A stretch of 64,000 nucleotides of DNA, from assembly GCA_950097015.1 (NCBI GenBank), contig CATNEN010000011.1, positions 5,332,001 to 5,396,000 of the forward strand. The letters run 5' to 3'. Source of the DNA: Macrostomum hystrix (taxonomy: Eukaryota; Animalia; Platyhelminthes). A program made the translations under genes and the position numbers. Positions 58,745 through 64,000 of the stretch are shown here, in pieces (positions within the stretch are counted from its first letter, which is position 1; each line of letters starts with the position of its first letter). The notes under the pieces are model-generated. The model was not told where the DNA came from and ran no database searches. It saw only the letters and a program-made list of their open reading frames with translations.

Positions 58745-59049
58745 GCATGAAAGAGACCACATTCTAGACTTCGGCCCTGCGTATTGGTTTTAATTATTTT
58801 ACCTGTCTTTTTTCAAACCAATTATATTCACTTTGCTTTCCGCGTACTTAACATTCATGTTCAACATGCATTCGTGTTTGTATCCTAACGCGATTGTTGT
58901 AGGTATGAACCTTTGTGAGAGCAAGCCCCTACTTCAGTTACTTTAATTCGTTCTTTTTTGTAATATTTGTTGTTGTTACCTTCATGTGTTCAAGTCAGCG
59001 TCTTAACTGGTGTAAAAGCTCATATTGATGTTGCTGGACGAATACTGTG

Positions 59050-59730
59050 AGCGTCTTATTTCACGATAAGAAGAGAAGAGATGGTTCAATGGTGTAGAAC
59101 TGTGCTAAAGGCTCACAAGACTCACAGAACTCCCGGGGCTTACATATCGAATTATTATAATCGAATTAAAAACTCTGCTATCCGGGACCATTTGCTAGGT
59201 TGCGATAGTTGTTGTAATAAGGAGCCACTTGAACTGTTCAAAGTTGTTGACACGTGTAGGCAAGATTACAAACTGACCATTCTTGAAGCCATGTACATCA
59301 AGGCCCTCAAGCCAAACCTTAATGTCCAATTAGCGGGGAACGGTTCAAGCCAACAGCTCCAAGTGTTCTGACGTATGAGGCACGCTCTCTCTGTGCTGTG
59401 TGTGCGTTCCTCTCCAACCTCTTGATCATGGTTCGCCTTGTGACCTGCCCATCGGACTTTAACTCACAATGTACAACAACCTACTTTTAAATACCTGCGT
59501 TTTCGTTTTTCAATAAATCGACCCTGTCCATCGGACTTTAACTCACAATGTACAACAACCTACTTTTAAACACCTGCGTTTTCGTTTTTCAATAAATCGA
59601 CCCTGTCCATCGGACTTTAACTCTCAATGTACAACAACCTACTTTTAAACACCTGCGTTTTCGTTTTTTAATAAATCGACCCTGACGATGTGCGCTTAGG
59701 ACGTAAAGCTTCGGAATTTTAAACATATGT
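59050..59730 (+). mobile_element. Penelope-like element 3-prime fragment (GIY-YIG tail plus pLTR-like tandem repeats)
   Basis: SAIRDHLLGCDSC...FKVVD...KLTILEAMYIKALKPNLNVQL is typical of PLE endonuclease C-termini. Confidence 0.8.
59449..59686. repeat. 79-bp tandem repeat, 3 copies
   Basis: CCATCGGACTTTAAC starts at 59449, 59528 and 59607. Confidence 0.95.
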
Positions 59731-60459
59731 TGGCAATTTCATTTCTGTTCCTGTTGCTTATTAACGGAGTTACCTTACCAAATAATAAATTCGTAACAGG
59801 GTCGATGTTTCATATTTTTTATTTTAAGTCAAGCTGTGTTGTCCTTTTGAAAACTTTTCAGATTTTCTTGTCCTGACAACATTTATGATGAAAATTTAGA
59901 ATAATTGTCATAGTTCTTTGCTTAGAACTTAGCGGAAACACAGGAAGTTGTAGAAAACCGCAGAGCATAAGATCTTAGAAGCACCTCTTCCTCGCTCCTA
60001 CTTATCCCCGTTCCTAAAGATACAGATTTTTTTAATTGAGAAAATTTTTCTTGTTGAAACAATATCTTTAAATAGCGACTGACGTCAGTGACGTATCTGA
60101 ACAGACACTTCTACGTTGTCCCAGAGTGATAATTAAGGTACGAACTGCAGTAAAAATAGTTATTGCACTTTTAGTGTGATATAAAACGAGGCTAGTCACG
60201 GCAGAAAATCGCGTGCGTGGCGTGGCAGTGAATGTACATTCAATGTACACACGCAGCCTGGGTGCTGGTAGGGCTGAGAGGAAACTGACTTAACGGCTTC
60301 TAAGGCGGGCAAGGCAATTTCTCAGAGTGTCTTCACTCACAATGAAAACTTGTGAATCTCAATAAATACCTCTGCTGAATGTATTTATTAGAAGCAGACT
60401 TTAGTGAAAGTGAGCGGTTTCAAACTCGAACGCAACCAACCTCTAATCTCTGTTGCAGC

Positions 60460-62088
60460 ATGAGCGGCACTGTCGAAGCTGGCTCTCATGTCACCTGGCA
60501 ATGTGGCCAATGCACCTGCGACAATGACTTCTTGGGCTTCTCCCAGCCTGTCAGCGGTGGCACCATTCACTGCGAGGTGTGCGAAACTGGTAACAGTTTA
60601 AGGAACATAGCGAATCAGGTGAACGCCAGAACTGGTCAGTGCTTGTGCATCAGGTGCACACTACTCAATGACAGAGGCAGACATTACTGTTCTGCCTGCG
60701 GCTCATGGCTTGTATTTGTGTCAGAGCCAGAGCAGCTATTCCTATCAGATTTTTCCAGTACGAGCTCTGTGAGTTCCGCTTCTGAGCTGTTCGAAGTCCA
60801 CCATCACGAGACGGATAATGAGTCTGAGCTAGTTGCCCTGATGACTGAGTTCCACTTAATTAAGCTTGAACATGCGTCGAATTTTCGCAGCCTCCGTGCT
60901 CAGGCCGGGTTTCGCGACTGCAACCCGCTGGACCTGGCTGAGGCGGTTCGCAGCTGTGGCGATCAGCCAGACTTTGTGGACTTTGTTAGCGCCCACCTGA
61001 ACAACCAGTGCCCAATCTGCTTCGATAACTTTCCCAGACACAAGATGCTCCAGATGGCCTCCTGCCAGTGCAAGCTCTGCTTCCTCTGCTTCCGCAACTT
61101 TGTCACCACCAGTCTGGACAACAATGACCACGTGTCGCATCTGCAGTGTCCGATCTGCAACACACCGGACTGTGAGGATGTCGGACAGTTGGAGACTCAC
61201 TTCCAGTTGCTGATGCTCCAAGTGACCACCTTGAATGATGCCGAGATCCGCTTCGATGCAGAGAAGGTCAGCGTCCTCGATCAGAGGCTTCGGGACTGGA
61301 ACTTGACGCGGGATCCGAGCTTTCGCTGGTGCAGCCACTGTCCAAACGGAGTCCGGCTGCCTACTCAGCTTCGAGGTCGCAAGTTCAGGTGCGACCAGTG
61401 CTTGAAGCACACGTGCAAAGACTGCAGGAAGCAATGGCAAGAGCAGCACGAGGGCATCGGGTGCGAGCAGTTCCAGCAGCGGCTGGTTGCGAATGACGCC
61501 GACTTTCAGGAGAGAGGCGTGGCTGCATTTCTACAGAGCAGCGGCATCGAGTGTCCGAAGTGCAAGTTCAAGTACGTGCTGGCGAAGGGTGGCTGCATGC
61601 ACTTTACCTGCAGGCAGTGCCGGGCTGAGTTCTGCTCAGGCTGTGGCGGCTTCTTCATCCGAGTGAACGGACGCGGGCTGATGTGCGAGCATCCGAGAGA
61701 CTGTCTGTACTACCTCAGAGACTTTGACGTTCGGAGCTTGCAGAAACTGCTGAGCGACCACGGCGTTCGGCACGAGACTTTGGCTGAGCAGTCCGCTGAC
61801 GGTGGCGTCTGCGGAGTGATGGAGCAGAAGGAGACTGTGAGTGGCAGTCTGGTGGATGAAGCCTGCGGCAGAGCAGTTGAGGGGCAATCTAGTTTGTGCA
61901 CAAAGCACTACACAGAGTACCTGGTGTCTCTGATCAACAGACACCGCCTGGACCCAGTAGAAGTGATGGACGCTGCCCTGCTGAGGGAGGTTTGCAGGCG
62001 TCACGGCATTAGCGTTGATGGCAAGATTTCAAATGATTGTGCCGCTCTTCGGGGCTTGATTTCCCAACGAGTTCCATTGCGCCGTTGA
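60460..62088 (+). CDS. HOIP-like copy 6: 2 NZF-RING1-IBR-RING2-LDD
   Basis: ATG at 60460 after the acceptor CTGTTGCAG. Contains WQCGQC...CEVC, CIRCTLLN...CSAC, LAKGGCMHFTC, HPRDCLYYLRD, and ends VPLRR*. Confidence 0.92.
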   Translation: MSGTVEAGSHVTWQCGQCTCDNDFLGFSQPVSGGTIHCEVCETGNSLRNIANQVNARTGQCLCIRCTLLNDRGRHYCSACGSWLVFVSEPEQLFLSDFSSTSSVSSASELFEVHHHETDNESELVALMTEFHLIKLEHASNFRSLRAQAGFRDCNPLDLAEAVRSCGDQPDFVDFVSAHLNNQCPICFDNFPRHKMLQMASCQCKLCFLCFRNFVTTSLDNNDHVSHLQCPICNTPDCEDVGQLETHFQLLMLQVTTLNDAEIRFDAEKVSVLDQRLRDWNLTRDPSFRWCSHCPNGVRLPTQLRGRKFRCDQCLKHTCKDCRKQWQEQHEGIGCEQFQQRLVANDADFQERGVAAFLQSSGIECPKCKFKYVLAKGGCMHFTCRQCRAEFCSGCGGFFIRVNGRGLMCEHPRDCLYYLRDFDVRSLQKLLSDHGVRHETLAEQSADGGVCGVMEQKETVSGSLVDEACGRAVEGQSSLCTKHYTEYLVSLINRHRLDPVEVMDAALLREVCRRHGISVDGKISNDCAALRGLISQRVPLRR

Positions 62089-62582
62089 GTGTCCGAAATG
62101 TTTACTATTCTCCAACGATGAGGGTTTCCAGCTTTTTTGTCAACAAAACTCTCAAACAGAAATGTGTAAGGCGCTTTTTTTAGTTAATATCAATCTTAAT
62201 TAATAGCTCGTATTTTGTTGGTGCTCAGATCTTTTGTCTTGCAATCTGGTCATTTATTCTAGCGTAAAAAGTTTTATGTACTAGCAATACTTTTTTCATG
62301 AAAAATAATTTTTTAAGATGTGATACTCATGGCTAGTGTATTGACAGTACAATGTTTATTTACAAATAAATTCAAAGTTGTTCTTTGATCATGTTCTGAA
62401 ATATTATTTGTTACATAATTTCTTTTGTTCTGATTATTTATTTCCTGATATGTTTAAACTAGTAAATTACGGACTTATTAGGACTAATAGATTGCGGAAG
62501 TGAATGACATTGTCGACTAGGCAAGCCAGGTCTCATTCACTTCTATTTGAACTCTTGCAGATCTGAAGTCCTGAATTTGAGC

Positions 62583-64000
62583 ATGGCCTCAGCGCAGGTG
62601 TATTGCAGCTTCTGCGGTGACAACCCGGCCGCTGTCTATTGCGCCACTCCTGGCTGCAGCAGGAATGTGCTGTGCAATGGCTGCGACAAAATCTGGCACG
62701 GTCATCCTAATCGGAAGGGGCATATTACAGAGCCTTATAATCATCAGCAGCAACAGGCAAAGGCTGACACTCCTCTTCCACCGCCGCGATCGCCAAATCG
62801 TCCCTACCCACCGCCGCAGCGACCACCTCCCCCGCGGCCGTCATCGGCCGGCTGGCAGTGCCAGCACTGCACCTTCTTGAATGAGCCGCCTCCGACTGGT
62901 TCGGCTAAGAAAATTTGCGGCATGTGCGGCAAAACTCATGGACTGCCCCCTGCGATTGGTACAGGGAACCATCCTGATTCAAACTCCGAATGTGTAAGCT
63001 CTGAGATTGATCAAAGACCGCCAGCTCATGAGCAAACTGTTGGTACAACTGGAAGACCTGAAGACTCTGCTACAAATGTAGATGAGCTTAAAAAACAGTA
63101 TCTGCAGCATCAACAGAGACAGGGGGAAGAGAAGCCCTTTTCATATGAAGAGCAGCAACGATTTCTAAACGAACTGCAGCATTTGAAAAAGAAAGACATT
63201 GCAGGTGGTGAAATTCAGCAGGTGAGACAGCAGACAGAGCAACAGGAGAGACAGCACAGAGAGCAACAGGAGAGACTGCAGAGAGAGCAACAGGAGAGAC
63301 TGCAGAGAGAGCAACAGGAGAGACTGCAGAGAGAGCAACAGGAAAGACTACAGAGAAAGCAACAGGAGAGACTGCAGAGAGAGCAACAGGAGAGACAGCA
63401 GAGAGAGCAACAGGTGAGACAGCAGAGAGAGCAACAGGAGAGACAGCAGAGAGAGCAACAGGAGAGACTGCAGAGAGAGCAACAGGAGAGACTGCAGAGA
63501 GAGCAACAGGAGAGACTGCAGAAAGAGAAACAGGAGAGACTGCAGAGAGAGCAACAGGAGAGACAGCAGAGAGAGCAACAGGAGAGACTGCAGAAAGAGA
63601 AACAGGAGAGACTGCAGAGAGAGCAGCAGGAGAGACTGCAGAAAGGGCAACAGGAGAGACTGCAGAAAGGGCAACAGGAGAGACTGCAGAAAGAGCAGCA
63701 GGAGAGACTGCAGAGAGAGCAGCAGGAGAGACTGCAGAAAGAGCAGCAGGAGAGACAGCATTCGCAAATTCACTCTCCTTCAGACAATAGATCCGGCAAG
63801 TACGCTATTCGACAATCTGGTGGATCACATCAGAGCATCTGTGGCAGCTCCAGCAGCTGGGTTTGTGTTCACTGCACGCTTGAGAATCCAGTACCAGTTG
63901 AGCAGGGCTCTACACGAGCAGTTTGCAGCGCCTGCAACCGTTCCTCTGAACTTAATAGTGCCACATCCAATGGTGCCATGGCAGCCCGCAGTGAGACAAT
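62583..64000 (+). CDS. HOIP-like copy 7, N-terminal part (B-box, NZF, EQQERLQR repeat, NZF); open to the window end
   Basis: Translated by hand because it is absent from the ORF track (no stop in the window): MASAQVYCSFCGDNPAAVYCATPGCSRNVLCNGCDKIWHGHPNRKGH, WQCQHCTFLN...CGMCGKT, KPFSYEEQQRFL... repeat block, WVCVHCTLEN...CSACNRS. Confidence 0.85.
   Translation, partial: MASAQVYCSFCGDNPAAVYCATPGCSRNVLCNGCDKIWHGHPNRKGHITEPYNHQQQQAKADTPLPPPRSPNRPYPPPQRPPPPRPSSAGWQCQHCTFLNEPPPTGSAKKICGMCGKTHGLPPAIGTGNHPDSNSECVSSEIDQRPPAHEQTVGTTGRPEDSATNVDELKKQYLQHQQRQGEEKPFSYEEQQRFLNELQHLKKKDIAGGEIQQVRQQTEQQERQHREQQERLQREQQERLQREQQERLQREQQERLQRKQQERLQREQQERQQREQQVRQQREQQERQQREQQERLQREQQERLQREQQERLQKEKQERLQREQQERQQREQQERLQKEKQERLQREQQERLQKGQQERLQKGQQERLQKEQQERLQREQQERLQKEQQERQHSQIHSPSDNRSGKYAIRQSGGSHQSICGSSSSWVCVHCTLENPVPVEQGSTRAVCSACNRSSELNSATSNGAMAARSET

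Overview
Repeat-rich animal genomic DNA. The mix of GC-rich, largely intronless CDSs, many minisatellites and tRNA-SINEs resembles a free-living flatworm such as Macrostomum; that assignment is inference only. Left 37 kb: a head-to-head ANKRD53-like/MORN2 pair, a RING-less TRIM-NHL-like gene with a recent internally deleted Mag/Gypsy LTR element just upstream, an orphan 4-TM gene, a 3-exon rhodopsin-like GPCR and a BCL11-family zinc-finger gene. These are interspersed with about 15 tandem-repeat arrays and two SINE families. Right 25 kb: a co-oriented tandem array of at least seven HOIP/RNF31 (LUBAC linear-ubiquitin ligase) homologues. It contains one full-length PUB-Bbox-NZF-UBA-RBR-LDD gene and four PUB/UBA-less RBR-LDD copies; one of these has a second RING1 and a one-base frameshift. 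It also contains a pseudo-ligase lacking the catalytic Cys/His whose IBR is replaced by an 8-aa repeat, and a seventh copy that runs off the window. Paralog pairs share near-identical cassettes between unrelated flanks. This domain-shuffled HOIP array is the main candidate for an undescribed system. No database searches were possible; family calls rest on remembered motifs.
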